Assembly: GCA_963803805.1 (NCBI GenBank)
Contig: CAWDOD010000002.1
Location: forward strand, 128,001-192,000
Length of the DNA stretch: 64,000 nt
Origin: an uncultured cyanobacterium
Lineage (GTDB): Bacteria > Cyanobacteriota > Cyanobacteriia > Cyanobacteriales > CAWCAG01
Direction: 5' to 3'
In this document: positions 42,995-53,458 of the stretch, piece by piece
Layout: each line of letters opens with the position of its first letter
How positions within the stretch are numbered: the first letter of the stretch is position 1
Translations under genes and position numbers: made by a program
The notes under the pieces: generated by a model
Seen by the model: the letters and a program-made list of their open reading frames with translations, nothing else
Database searches by the model: none
What the model was told of the DNA's origin: nothing

Positions 42995-45988
42995 ATGCCC
43001 AACCCCTTAGCTAAATTCCCGCGCCACCACAAGATATTAAGCTTGCTAGTTCTCATGATTGGACTAGGGTTTGCTTTAGATATTGTTTCCACTTTAAAAG
43101 CAGAATCTCTTTGGTTTCAGGAAATTGGTTATATCGGAGTTTTTGTAAAGGGATTAACCAACAAATTACAACTTTGGCTACTCACTTTCTTGACTTCGGG
43201 GGTGTTTTTATTTCTCAATATATTCCTAGCTAAAAAGTTTCGCTATCCTAAACCAGAAGAACAAGAAAGAAAATACCTGACATTTGAGTCTTTACCTAGT
43301 AAAACGACTCAAAAAAATACACCTAAAACTGCTTTTCGTTTAAAAATATTACTACCTCTTCTTATAGGACTAAACTTGCTGGTTAGTCTAATATTTCTGC
43401 ATTATAGTCAAATAGCAGTTCAATTTTGGCAACCGGGTTTAAGTTTGCTAAATGTTGCTCCCTCTCTGCCTTTTTCTCTCCGATTGGAAATAGCTCAATT
43501 AGCAAATTCGATACTAGCTAAAAACGTCGTCTTTTGGCAAATTGGTTTAGGGATTGCTATAGCAATTATTTTATTCATTAATACTGAATTCACCCTCATA
43601 GTGATCGCCTTGGGGTTAAGTTTAATTTTTAGCACTATAATTGCTGGTAACTGGACGAGATTTTTACAATACTTCACTGCCACAAGCTTCAACGAATTAG
43701 ATCCCCTATTTCAAAATGATCTGAGCTTTTACATTTTTAAATTTCCCATTTGGAAGTTATTAGACTTTTGGCTGAGTGGTTTATTTGGTTATACATTTAT
43801 TGCTTGTTGTTTACTCTATTTAGTTTCAGGAAATAGTCTTTCTCAAGGTAAATTTCCGGGCTTTTCTCTACCTCAATTGCATCATCTTCAGGGACTAGGT
43901 AGTTTGATGATGTTCACAGAAGCCCTTAATCATTGGCTCAAGCGCTACGAATTGCTCTACTCTTTAAGGGGTGTAGCTTACGGCGCTAGCTATACCGATG
44001 TTAAAATACAGTTACCTGTAGAAACTGGCCTTGCTGTAGCCGGAGGTGGAATCGCCCTTTGGCTTTTATGGCGGAGTTTAACTAAATATACCCTTGCTCC
44101 TTCCCTTTACCCTGCCCTTGGTGTTCTGAGTGCCTACTTAATCGCCTTTGTCCTTTTCGCCAAACTCTTACCAGCAACAGTACAGCGTTTAGGAGTATTA
44201 CCTAATGAATTAGCCAGGGAAGAACTTTATATTCAAAGAAGTATTACCAACACCAGAAAAGCCTTTGGTTTAGAAACCATCGAAGCAATCCAATTTAATC
44301 CTCAAGCAGGGCTTAATGCCGAAGATATTACAGAAAACAGTTTAACGGTTAGGGATATTCGTCTTTGGGACACTCGCCCTTTATTACAAACCAACCGCCA
44401 ACTACAACAAATTCGCCTCTACTATCGCTTTCCCGACGCTGATATTGACCGCTACACCCTCAAAGTTAGCGAAAAAGAAGATAATACGATCCCCGATACC
44501 CTTAGACAACAAGTAATTATTGCTCCTAGGGAACTAGACTATAGTGCTGTACCCCAAGAAGCACAAACCTGGGTTAATAAACACCTCGTTTATACCCACG
44601 GTTATGGTTTTACCCTCTCTCCTGTTAATAAAGTAGGAGAAGGGGGGCTACCTTTCTACTTTGTTAAGGATATTGGTACAGGTTCAGATGAAAGTGAAAG
44701 AGGGGCATTGCGTACTTCCGCTCCTGAGATTAGAGATAGTATCCCTATTGGTAAACCCCGCATTTATTACGGGCAACTAACCGACAACTACGTCCTCACT
44801 TCCACTAGAATCGAGGAATTAGATTATCCCAGCGGGGATGATAACGTCTACAACAGTTACGACGGTAGAGGGGGTATTGACATTGGTAACTATTGGCGAC
44901 GTATTCTTTTTGCTGCCTATCTTAAAGATTGGCAAATGCTGTTCACAGAAAACTTTACCCCCCAAACCAAACTTCTTCTACGCCGGGATATCAAAACTCG
45001 TGTTGCGGCGATCGCACCTTTTTTGCGTTTTGATCGTGACCCCTATTTAGTTAATGCTAATGTTCCTGAAGTTGGGGAAGCCAACCAAGAAAACTATCTC
45101 TATTGGATAATTGATGCCTACACCACTAGCAACCGTTATCCTTACTCCGATCCAGGAAAGAACCGATTTAACTACATCCGTAACTCAGTGAAAATTGTTG
45201 TGGATGCCTACAATGGCGACGTAGATTTTTATGTTGTAGATCAAAGTGATCCCATCATCCAAACCTGGGCTAAAATTTTCCCTCAACTTTTCAAACCCCT
45301 AGAAGAGATGCCAGAAACCCTCTTTAGTCATATTCGCTATCCAGTTGATTTGTTTAGCGCCCAATCGAAACAGTTGTTAACCTATCATATGACTGACTCC
45401 CAAGTCTTTTATAACCGAGAAGATCAATGGCAAATTCCCCAAGAGATTTATGGGGCTGAGTCTCAACCAGTAGAACCCTATTACCTCATTGTTAAATTAC
45501 CAGAGTTAACCTCAGAAGAATTTATTCTCCTTCATCCTTACACTCCCACTAGTCGTAATAATTTAGTTGCTTGGCTAGCGGCACGTTCCGATGGCGATAA
45601 TTATGGCAAACTCTTACTCTATGAGTTCCCCAAACAAAGACTAATTTATGGACCAGAACAAATTGAAGCCTTAATTAACCAAGATCCGGTGATTTCCCAG
45701 CAAATCTCCCTTTGGGATAACCGAGGTTCTAATGCCATTCAAGGGAACTTATTAATGATTCCCATTGAACAATCTTTAATTTATGTAGAACCCCTCTATT
45801 TAGAAGCAGAAGAAAATAGTCTGCCTATTTTAGCGAGGGTAATTGTGGTGTATGAAAACCGTATTGCTATGGCAGAAACGTTAGAAGAAGCCTTAGAAGT
45901 ACTTTTCAACCCCGAAAAAGCAGAGAGTACTTCGCCAGGAACAATTATTCGTGAAGTTGAAGATCCCACCCTTTTAGCAGAACCCTAA
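42995..45988 (+). CDS. UPF0182 family membrane protein
   Basis: LWFQEIGY, DPLFQNDLSFYIF, IRLWD, HLVYTHGYG, NYIRNSVK, YVEPLYL. Confidence 0.92.
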   Translation: MPNPLAKFPRHHKILSLLVLMIGLGFALDIVSTLKAESLWFQEIGYIGVFVKGLTNKLQLWLLTFLTSGVFLFLNIFLAKKFRYPKPEEQERKYLTFESLPSKTTQKNTPKTAFRLKILLPLLIGLNLLVSLIFLHYSQIAVQFWQPGLSLLNVAPSLPFSLRLEIAQLANSILAKNVVFWQIGLGIAIAIILFINTEFTLIVIALGLSLIFSTIIAGNWTRFLQYFTATSFNELDPLFQNDLSFYIFKFPIWKLLDFWLSGLFGYTFIACCLLYLVSGNSLSQGKFPGFSLPQLHHLQGLGSLMMFTEALNHWLKRYELLYSLRGVAYGASYTDVKIQLPVETGLAVAGGGIALWLLWRSLTKYTLAPSLYPALGVLSAYLIAFVLFAKLLPATVQRLGVLPNELAREELYIQRSITNTRKAFGLETIEAIQFNPQAGLNAEDITENSLTVRDIRLWDTRPLLQTNRQLQQIRLYYRFPDADIDRYTLKVSEKEDNTIPDTLRQQVIIAPRELDYSAVPQEAQTWVNKHLVYTHGYGFTLSPVNKVGEGGLPFYFVKDIGTGSDESERGALRTSAPEIRDSIPIGKPRIYYGQLTDNYVLTSTRIEELDYPSGDDNVYNSYDGRGGIDIGNYWRRILFAAYLKDWQMLFTENFTPQTKLLLRRDIKTRVAAIAPFLRFDRDPYLVNANVPEVGEANQENYLYWIIDAYTTSNRYPYSDPGKNRFNYIRNSVKIVVDAYNGDVDFYVVDQSDPIIQTWAKIFPQLFKPLEEMPETLFSHIRYPVDLFSAQSKQLLTYHMTDSQVFYNREDQWQIPQEIYGAESQPVEPYYLIVKLPELTSEEFILLHPYTPTSRNNLVAWLAARSDGDNYGKLLLYEFPKQRLIYGPEQIEALINQDPVISQQISLWDNRGSNAIQGNLLMIPIEQSLIYVEPLYLEAEENSLPILARVIVVYENRIAMAETLEEALEVLFNPEKAESTSPGTIIREVEDPTLLAEP

Positions 45989-46146
45989 TTATTGCTTACA
46001 AAACTACAGTTGTTCAACTTCATTTTTACTTATCCGGTGTATCCAGCTATATCTGAAGCAGGAACCCCTGCTAAATTGGAAAATTTCTAATAGCACACAA
46101 GGTACAATCAAAATCAGGTAGTCATGTAGAAGTAATGGATGCACAG

Positions 46147-46229
46147 GTGCATCTCAAAGATGTCAATTTATAAGAGACAATAATGCTTTTAGCCTTCAAT
46201 CCCAGTATTTCTGCAAAACTGAGATGCAC
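46147..46229. mobile_element. Shorter MITE copy of the 11799 family
   Basis: GTGCATCTCA...TGAGATGCAC; right end TATTTCTGCAAAACTGAGATGC identical to the 11.9-kb copy; no clear TSD. Confidence 0.7.
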
Positions 46230-46312
46230 TCTTTCCCCTTTATATTCCCTGTTGCCTATTCCCTCAACCAGGTTATCGTTAAATAGATAATTCTATTCCC
46301 TATTACCTATAA

Positions 46313-49300
46313 ATGATTGGACGACTCAAACTGGGGACAAAATTCACCGTCTTGTTGCTACTAATCTTTCTGGGCGGTATGGTACTTAGTGGCGTAGCTT
46401 TGTCTGGGGCTATGCAAAGTCGGGCTGAGAATGAAGTGGCTGCTAGAGCAGAAATTCTTATGCAAACTATGAATTCAGTGAGAAATTATACCAGCAATAA
46501 TATTAAATATCTTCTTGACAAACATTTGAATTGGTCATCAGAATTTGCTCCAGAAACTGTCCCTGCCTATTCTGCTAGGGAAGTTTTTGAAGATTTTCGT
46601 CGCCAGCCAGAATATGAACATTTTCTTTATAAAGAAGCGACTCTTAATCCGACTAATCTTCGGGACAAAGCAGACGAATTTGAGGCTAAATTAATTGAAC
46701 AGTTTCAACAAAATCCTGCCACCCAAGAAATTAAAGGCTATCACCAAGGTTTAGCAGAAAAGCATTTCTTTATTGCTCGTCCTGTCACCGTAGAACAAGA
46801 AAGTTGTCTTCAATGCCATAGCGTACCTCAACTTGCTCCGGAACATATGCTCAAAACCTATGGCACTGAACATGGTTTTGGCTGGAAACTAGGAGAAATT
46901 GTGGCAGCACAAACTATTTATGTTCCTGCTAGCCAAGTATTTGCTCAAGGTTCTCGATATTTGGTTTTGGTGATTAGCATCTTTACTAGTATTTTTGCCC
47001 TAGCTATTCTTTTAATCAACTTATTATTAAACCGTACTGTCGTTAATCCCCTCAAACAACTAACCCGAATTGCTCAAAAATCTACTAACCAAGAATCAGA
47101 ACCTGCTGAACTACTACAAAGCCTGGCTATACTAGGTGATGAACCGGGACAGTTAGCCAAAGCTTTTCAGGATATGAAGCAAGAGGTAAATGCCCGTGAA
47201 CAAAGACTAAAGCAAACCCAAGAAGCAATGCAATGCAGCGAGGAGTATTTTCGTTCCCTCATTGAACAAGCTTCTGATATCATTGCTATCTTAAATAGCG
47301 ATCGCACTCTTCGTTACGTTAGCCCAGCTATTCAAACCGCATTAGGATACCAAGCTGAGGCAGTTATAGAGCGAGATATTTTGGATTTTGTTCATCCTCA
47401 AGATTACCGAAGAATCAAGATATTTTTCCGTAGAATTCAACGCCGCTGGCATATTTCTGCTCCTGTGGAACTACGAATTAAGCATCAAGACGGTTCTTGG
47501 CAAACCATAGAAGCAATTGGCCATAATCGTCTTAACGATTCTATTATAGGTGGTTTTGTTGTCAATGCTCGTAATATTACAGCCCGGAGGTTAACAGAAA
47601 AGAAACTACAAAGAAGCGAAGCTTCTATTCGTTTGCTCCATGAAGTTACCACAAAACCAGAACTTAACTTTGAACAGCGTTTGCAACAGCTATTAATTAT
47701 GGGTTGTCAGCAGTTTGGTTTAGAGGTAGGTATTCTTAGCATGATTGAAGGGGATCACCATTTAGTTGCAGCGGTGCAAGCACCCGAATTTTTGGCAGAT
47801 CAGATTGAGTTGGGATCAGCATTTTTCTTAGGAGCAAAAAGTAATAAGGAAGCCCCACAGGAACTGAGTTTCGACACAACCAATGTTATGCTCCAAGCTA
47901 ACATTACCACTCAAGTATTCATAGAAGATGAACCCTACGGCAATCTTAGTTTTGCTAGTGTGGGTAAGCCCAATTCTAGCTTTAACTCGTCTGACGAGGA
48001 ACTGCTGAATTTGATGGGGCAGTGGCTAGGTAGCGAATTGCAACATCAGCACTCCGAATTCAAGTTAGCACAGGCAAGGGATGAAGCACTAGCTGCAAAC
48101 CGCTCTAAAAGTGAGTTTTTGGCGATTATGAGTCATGAAATTCGTACTCCTATGAATGCTGTCATTGGTATGACAGGATTACTATTCCACACGGATTTAA
48201 CCTCTCAACAACAGGACTTTGTAGAAACAATCCGTAGTAGTGGCAATGCTTTATTAGCCCTCATCAACGATATCCTCGACTTCTCAAAAATTGAAGCTGG
48301 TAGATTGGAGATGGAGGAACAACCTTTCTCATTACGTAGTTGCTTAGAAGAAGCCCTGGATTTGGTTGCCTCCAAAGCAGCAGAAAAAGGTTTGGAGTTA
48401 GCATATTTAATTGATCACCAAACCCCCAAAACAATTATTGGTGATGTTACTCGTGTTAGACAGGTTTTGGTTAATCTTTTAGGCAATGCTGTCAAGTTCA
48501 CCAAAGCTGGGGAGATTGTTGTTTTTGTATCAAGCAAACCCACAAATAACGATACCTATGAAATCCGATTTTCTGTTAAGGATGCAGGCATTGGTATTCC
48601 TCAAGAGGGAATGAATCGCCTTTTCCAATCCTTTAGTCAAGTTGACTCCTCCACCAGCCGTAAATATGGCGGTACGGGGTTAGGATTAGCCATTAGCAAA
48701 CTCCTCAGCGAAATGATGGGGGGAACAATGTGGGCAGAAAGCGAGGTGGGGGTTGGCTCTACTTTTCATTTTACTATTGCTGCCCAGGCTTCTTGGGAGT
48801 TAACAACAAGAGAGTCTAGCCAACTTTACCAATTAACGGGCAAGCAGATCTTAATTATTGAGCCAAACCTAGCTAATCAAGATATCCTCACTAGACAAAC
48901 TCAATCTTGGGGTATGGCGATTCAGGCAGTAGCATCAGGACTCCAAGGCTTAGATTGGCTTTGTCAGGGGCAAGAATGTGACCTAACCATAGTAGATATT
49001 GCTATACTCCAGAGGGAAGGATTTAAGCTTGTTAAAGCCATACGCCAGCAATCTGGGCAGAAAAATTTGCCCTTCATCATTTTAACTCCTGGCCATACTC
49101 GAGAACTAGATAAGCAAATTGAAGAATTAGAATTAGTTACAGTTCTGAACAAACCGCTCCAACCTTCTCACCTTTACAATCTCCTTATTACCATCTTTGC
49201 AGAAAAACCAATCCGAGTACAGCAAGAATTTATTAAAGATGAAACTGAAGTTATCCCTGAGCAAACTAAACCTTTACGCATTCTCTTAGCAGAAGATAAT

Positions 49301-50041
49301 GTAGTTAACCAAAAAGTTGCTCTACTCATGTTGGGAGAATTAGGCTACCGTGCAGACTTAGCAGGGAATGGCTTAGAAGTCTTAGAAGCTTTGCATCGCC
49401 AACCCTACGATGTTATTTTCATGGATGTGCAAATGCCAGAAATGGATGGTTTGACAGCAGCAGAACATATTTGCTTGCAATGGAATCCTCACTCTCGCCC
49501 CTATATAGTTGCAATGACAGCTAATGCTATGCAAGGAGACAGAGAAAGATGTCTCAAATCCGGTATGGATAATTATATCAGCAAACCTATACGCCTAAAA
49601 GAATTGAGTAGGGCCTTAAATGAATATCAGCCAGGAAGCGTAACTAATTTAAGGCCAGGTTTTCCAGAACAACAGCTACAAAACTCTGCTTCTGTGTTGG
49701 ATATGCACATCTTTGACTCTTTACGTCGTATGGCAGGGGCAAAGGCAGAACAGGTAATTGCAAACTTAATTAATAATTACCTTGAAGATGCACCCCAATA
49801 TCTCCAGCGCATGGAAGATGCTTTAGCCATGGCAGATCCCCAGAAATTGCGTCAAGCTGTCCACTCTTTGCGTTCTTCCAGCGCTAATTTAGGGGCTGTG
49901 GCATTAGCCCAACAATGCAAGGAGGTAGAAAATATTGCCCGTTCTGATACTACTAAAGGCGTTGCCGAGAAGTTGGTGGTTATCAAAGAAGAATATAAGA
50001 AGGTTGAGGAGGCTTTAAAAGGGGAGTTGAGGAAAAGTTGA
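46313..50041 (+). CDS. Hybrid histidine kinase: heme-c (Tll0287/DUF3365-like) sensor, HAMP, PAS, GAF, HisKA/HATPase, REC, REC, HPt
   Basis: PAYSAREVF, YKEATLNPTN, CLQCH; VHPQD PAS; SHEIRTPMN, NAVKFT, GTGLGL; MDVQMPEMDG; HSLRSSS. Confidence 0.9.
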   Translation: MIGRLKLGTKFTVLLLLIFLGGMVLSGVALSGAMQSRAENEVAARAEILMQTMNSVRNYTSNNIKYLLDKHLNWSSEFAPETVPAYSAREVFEDFRRQPEYEHFLYKEATLNPTNLRDKADEFEAKLIEQFQQNPATQEIKGYHQGLAEKHFFIARPVTVEQESCLQCHSVPQLAPEHMLKTYGTEHGFGWKLGEIVAAQTIYVPASQVFAQGSRYLVLVISIFTSIFALAILLINLLLNRTVVNPLKQLTRIAQKSTNQESEPAELLQSLAILGDEPGQLAKAFQDMKQEVNAREQRLKQTQEAMQCSEEYFRSLIEQASDIIAILNSDRTLRYVSPAIQTALGYQAEAVIERDILDFVHPQDYRRIKIFFRRIQRRWHISAPVELRIKHQDGSWQTIEAIGHNRLNDSIIGGFVVNARNITARRLTEKKLQRSEASIRLLHEVTTKPELNFEQRLQQLLIMGCQQFGLEVGILSMIEGDHHLVAAVQAPEFLADQIELGSAFFLGAKSNKEAPQELSFDTTNVMLQANITTQVFIEDEPYGNLSFASVGKPNSSFNSSDEELLNLMGQWLGSELQHQHSEFKLAQARDEALAANRSKSEFLAIMSHEIRTPMNAVIGMTGLLFHTDLTSQQQDFVETIRSSGNALLALINDILDFSKIEAGRLEMEEQPFSLRSCLEEALDLVASKAAEKGLELAYLIDHQTPKTIIGDVTRVRQVLVNLLGNAVKFTKAGEIVVFVSSKPTNNDTYEIRFSVKDAGIGIPQEGMNRLFQSFSQVDSSTSRKYGGTGLGLAISKLLSEMMGGTMWAESEVGVGSTFHFTIAAQASWELTTRESSQLYQLTGKQILIIEPNLANQDILTRQTQSWGMAIQAVASGLQGLDWLCQGQECDLTIVDIAILQREGFKLVKAIRQQSGQKNLPFIILTPGHTRELDKQIEELELVTVLNKPLQPSHLYNLLITIFAEKPIRVQQEFIKDETEVIPEQTKPLRILLAEDNVVNQKVALLMLGELGYRADLAGNGLEVLEALHRQPYDVIFMDVQMPEMDGLTAAEHICLQWNPHSRPYIVAMTANAMQGDRERCLKSGMDNYISKPIRLKELSRALNEYQPGSVTNLRPGFPEQQLQNSASVLDMHIFDSLRRMAGAKAEQVIANLINNYLEDAPQYLQRMEDALAMADPQKLRQAVHSLRSSSANLGAVALAQQCKEVENIARSDTTKGVAEKLVVIKEEYKKVEEALKGELRKS

Positions 50042-50060
50042 CTTGGTTCAACAGAACTAC

Positions 50061-51194
50061 TTAATCTAATTCAGCTAAAATAAATTGACTTACAGTATTG
50101 AGCCAGCTTATTGCTTGATTCTTCGAGACATTTTGAGGAGGAATTACGGCAAAAACAAGATAATACTTTTGTCCTTGATCAGTTTCTAAAAAGCTAGTAT
50201 CGAGGAAAGTATGAGTAAATAAGCCAATTCCACACTTACTAATTAACTTGCCTTTTTGATTAGCAAATTCTTGTGATAGCGGTTCCAAAAAGCGGCAGAA
50301 TGTATCCTCGTAACTAAAACCTAATTGTTGAGGAGTTTGTGACATAATCTCTTGTAACCAAAGCCGATCTTCTTGTGTTAAATCAAACCTCTGTTTAGGT
50401 GAAAAAATCTCAGGTTGAACTATTCGCATCAACACCTCTGCCAAATCTGTTGCACTAGCACAATTGCCCAACTTTTCTCCTATTTCATAACAAGAGAAAT
50501 CTTGAGATACGCTTTGTGGAGGAGATTGAGTAACTTTGTCTCGGAAACGAACCTCAAAAGCAGGAGAATCAATAAGTGTCCCTTGATTCAACATTAAACG
50601 GTTAACCGCAAAATGCTCTAAACCCTTAGCCTGCATTCTCAAATTGAGATTTTCAAATCCTAAAAAGAGAATCAACCGATTCGTTGCCTCGTTGCTAGAA
50701 AGTACTAAAGCTTGCTTAATATCTTCACCAATAGAATACCAAGTAGAATTACCTGAGATACGATACTCAGTTTCTTTTGGTAAGTTCATTTGCTTTAGCT
50801 GTTCTAAAACTAAGGCAGAAATTCCCACCTTAACAGTGGAAGCAGGATTGAAAAAACCGGCATCATCACTATCTTGAATCTTATTACCATTGGTATCTTG
50901 ATAAATAGCTTGATGATAATAATAGTTAAATTGAGGAGAATTTTGAGGCTCATTGACTTTAATAAAAAGAGCTTTGCCCTGCCAGTTTTCCATCTGTTCA
51001 CTAAATTTTCCTTGCTCTAAAATCTCTCCTAATTTGGTCAGATTTATTTGGACATCGCGTTGAGAAAATTGAGCATCAACTTGATTAGTTTCTGCTGATG
51101 AAGCAACCACTTCTGAGGGTGTTTCAGGAGTGGTTGTAGTTTGGCTGCAACCACATAAGAAAAATGGTAATGACAACAGAGCTAAGTATTTCAT
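50061..51194 (-). CDS. Lipoprotein serine hydrolase (class A beta-lactamase-like fold)
   Basis: Lipobox LCGC; PASTVK (SxxK), SSNEATN (SxN), SKCG in place of KTG. Confidence 0.78.
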   Translation of the reverse strand: MKYLALLSLPFFLCGCSQTTTTPETPSEVVASSAETNQVDAQFSQRDVQINLTKLGEILEQGKFSEQMENWQGKALFIKVNEPQNSPQFNYYYHQAIYQDTNGNKIQDSDDAGFFNPASTVKVGISALVLEQLKQMNLPKETEYRISGNSTWYSIGEDIKQALVLSSNEATNRLILFLGFENLNLRMQAKGLEHFAVNRLMLNQGTLIDSPAFEVRFRDKVTQSPPQSVSQDFSCYEIGEKLGNCASATDLAEVLMRIVQPEIFSPKQRFDLTQEDRLWLQEIMSQTPQQLGFSYEDTFCRFLEPLSQEFANQKGKLISKCGIGLFTHTFLDTSFLETDQGQKYYLVFAVIPPQNVSKNQAISWLNTVSQFILAELD

Positions 51195-51490
51195 GGAAAA
51201 TTAGACTTCTACAAAACCTTTGATTGGAAATAGGTAAATGTTTGGTAAGGATAATTGATAATTAAAGCGAAATTTGTGTTATAATTATCTCATCAGATAA
51301 AATTCGTTATCAATCAGAAAAAATATTTTTTTGGAGATGTGGTTGGGAGCTTTCTTTAAATGCACTGAAGAGGGCAAACATCTAAGCTGGAAAGAAATAA
51401 ACATAATCTGACCCAAAGACATTGTTCGACCTACCACCAACATACTTCTGTAACTCCCGTCGCTTTCTGCGCCCTACCCCCTTCCCTTAA

Positions 51491-53134
51491 TTATCCAGGA
51501 TAAGTATTAATCTCCCAATGCCTTGTACCCAGAGGACAAGCTGAACCCAAATTAGCAATGTCCCATTGAACATAAGCATTATTATTATTTTTCCAAGTCA
51601 CAGTAAAAGCCCCATTACAGTTACCTGCTTCTCCTGATAGTTCAAAATTACCTTGCAAAGTATCCCCGTTGCTACAGCCCCCTGTTTGGGGAGAAGGAAT
51701 AGTCACTGTCCCCCGCAAAGGTGGTTTGTCGTAACCAAATACAGTTTGTACAGAGTTGATTTGGCTAGTACCAAAACAAACTTGGTCTAACTTAGGAATC
51801 CTAGTCAAACCACTTTCAGAGCGCCAAACTTGGTTTGTGGGCTGAGGGTTAGATGCAGGAGTTTGGGTTGGTGAAGGAACAGCAGGAGTTGAAGAAAAAT
51901 TGTTAGATTCTGGAACTTGAACTTCTTTTTCAGCAGAAGGAGTTGTAACTTCAGGAGAAGGTATTGCAGGTTGAGTAGTAGGAGAAGTAGATTCTTTCTC
52001 CTCTTGCACCGGCTTGATAACCTTTATCTCCTCAGTACTTTCTTCATCAGTTGTAGAATCGGAGGCTACATTAACATCTGAGGAGTCATTGCCACTTAAG
52101 CCTAAGCCAATAATAATTGAGCCAGAAACCACAGCCACAGCTAAGGCCATCAAACCCACCATCAAACCTTTCTGAGAGGCCGGGGTTGTAGTTGGGGTAG
52201 AGATAGAAACATCTGTAGAAGGTTGAGGTTGAGGTTGAGGTGGAGAAGTGATAGTAGAAATCGAAGTAGGAGGAGTCGTTACCCCAAGTGAGGCTAGAGT
52301 CGGAGCAACTGTCCCCCCATTTTGGAGAGCAGATAACATAGCTATAGCACTACCGAAGCGATCGCGAGGATGAGACATTACTGTCTTACCTAACACTGTG
52401 GCAAAATCCGCACTAATGGGCTGTACTTCTTGCTGCCAAATAATCTCTCCTGTTTGTGGATCGGTGGCAAATTGCTGGGGCATCTTACCACTAAGCAGAT
52501 AAATTACGGTTAACCCCAAAGCATACAAGTCGCTAGAAAATACTGGTCTACCAGCAGCCTGCTCACTAGGCATAAAACCGGGCGTACCAATTACAATAGA
52601 GCTTGTAGTGTTTCCTTGAGAGTTGATTGCTGTTCCCATAGTTTCTCTGACTGCCCCAAAGTCAATCAGCACAGGCAAATTATCTCCAGAGCGTAGCATG
52701 ATATTCTCTGGTTTGATATCTCGATGAACTATGCCCCGGTTATGTACATAGTCCAACACCGGCAAAACTTTAAGCATCATCTGCTTAACCGACTGCTCAC
52801 TTTGCAACCCCTGCTGCTGTAACAAGGTGCTTAAATCAACACCATCAACCCACTCCTGTACTAGATAAAATTGCCCTCCTTCGGAGAAATAAGCATAAAG
52901 TTCAGGGATTTGCTGATTGCCTTTACCCAATTGCTCTAGGATTGCTGCTTCTCTTTGAAAACGCTCCTGCACTAACTGATAAATCTGGGGATCATTAACT
53001 ATCGGTTTGAGTTGCTTGATTACACAACGGCGGGCTGAAGGCAGATGAACATCTTCTGCGAGGAAAGTCTGTCCGAAGCCCCCCTGACCGAGAGTTTTAA
53101 TAACTTGATAGCGATTGTTGAGAATTTGTGACAT
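51491..53134 (-). CDS. Membrane Ser/Thr protein kinase (Pkn2 type)
   Basis: LGQGGFG, VIKQL, HRDIKPEN, IDFG, GTPGFMPSE, SDLYALG; TM helix, Pro/Thr linker, Cys-containing external domain. Confidence 0.93.
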   Translation of the reverse strand: MSQILNNRYQVIKTLGQGGFGQTFLAEDVHLPSARRCVIKQLKPIVNDPQIYQLVQERFQREAAILEQLGKGNQQIPELYAYFSEGGQFYLVQEWVDGVDLSTLLQQQGLQSEQSVKQMMLKVLPVLDYVHNRGIVHRDIKPENIMLRSGDNLPVLIDFGAVRETMGTAINSQGNTTSSIVIGTPGFMPSEQAAGRPVFSSDLYALGLTVIYLLSGKMPQQFATDPQTGEIIWQQEVQPISADFATVLGKTVMSHPRDRFGSAIAMLSALQNGGTVAPTLASLGVTTPPTSISTITSPPQPQPQPSTDVSISTPTTTPASQKGLMVGLMALAVAVVSGSIIIGLGLSGNDSSDVNVASDSTTDEESTEEIKVIKPVQEEKESTSPTTQPAIPSPEVTTPSAEKEVQVPESNNFSSTPAVPSPTQTPASNPQPTNQVWRSESGLTRIPKLDQVCFGTSQINSVQTVFGYDKPPLRGTVTIPSPQTGGCSNGDTLQGNFELSGEAGNCNGAFTVTWKNNNNAYVQWDIANLGSACPLGTRHWEINTYPG

Positions 53135-53458
53135 GGGACTATCTCTATGATTTATGCCAAAACAATTAGCTTGATAAGATTGCTAACTACTGTATTCATA
53201 CAGCCGTTGAAGATGAGAATCCAAAATCTAAAACTTATAAATAATGCCAATTAACTTATTCCTTATATAACTAGCTATTTAGCTTCTGTTGGAATAATGG
53301 GAGCAACTCTTGATAGCACTTCAAAAAAGCGAAATCACCACGATGTCGAGATGCACGCGCTGCGAAAAATAGTTCATTACGCAATTCAGTAATAGTTGAC
53401 CTCGATTGTAGTTTGCTGAGGTGAATTAGCTTGTTCGCGATCTTATCCTACAACTACA

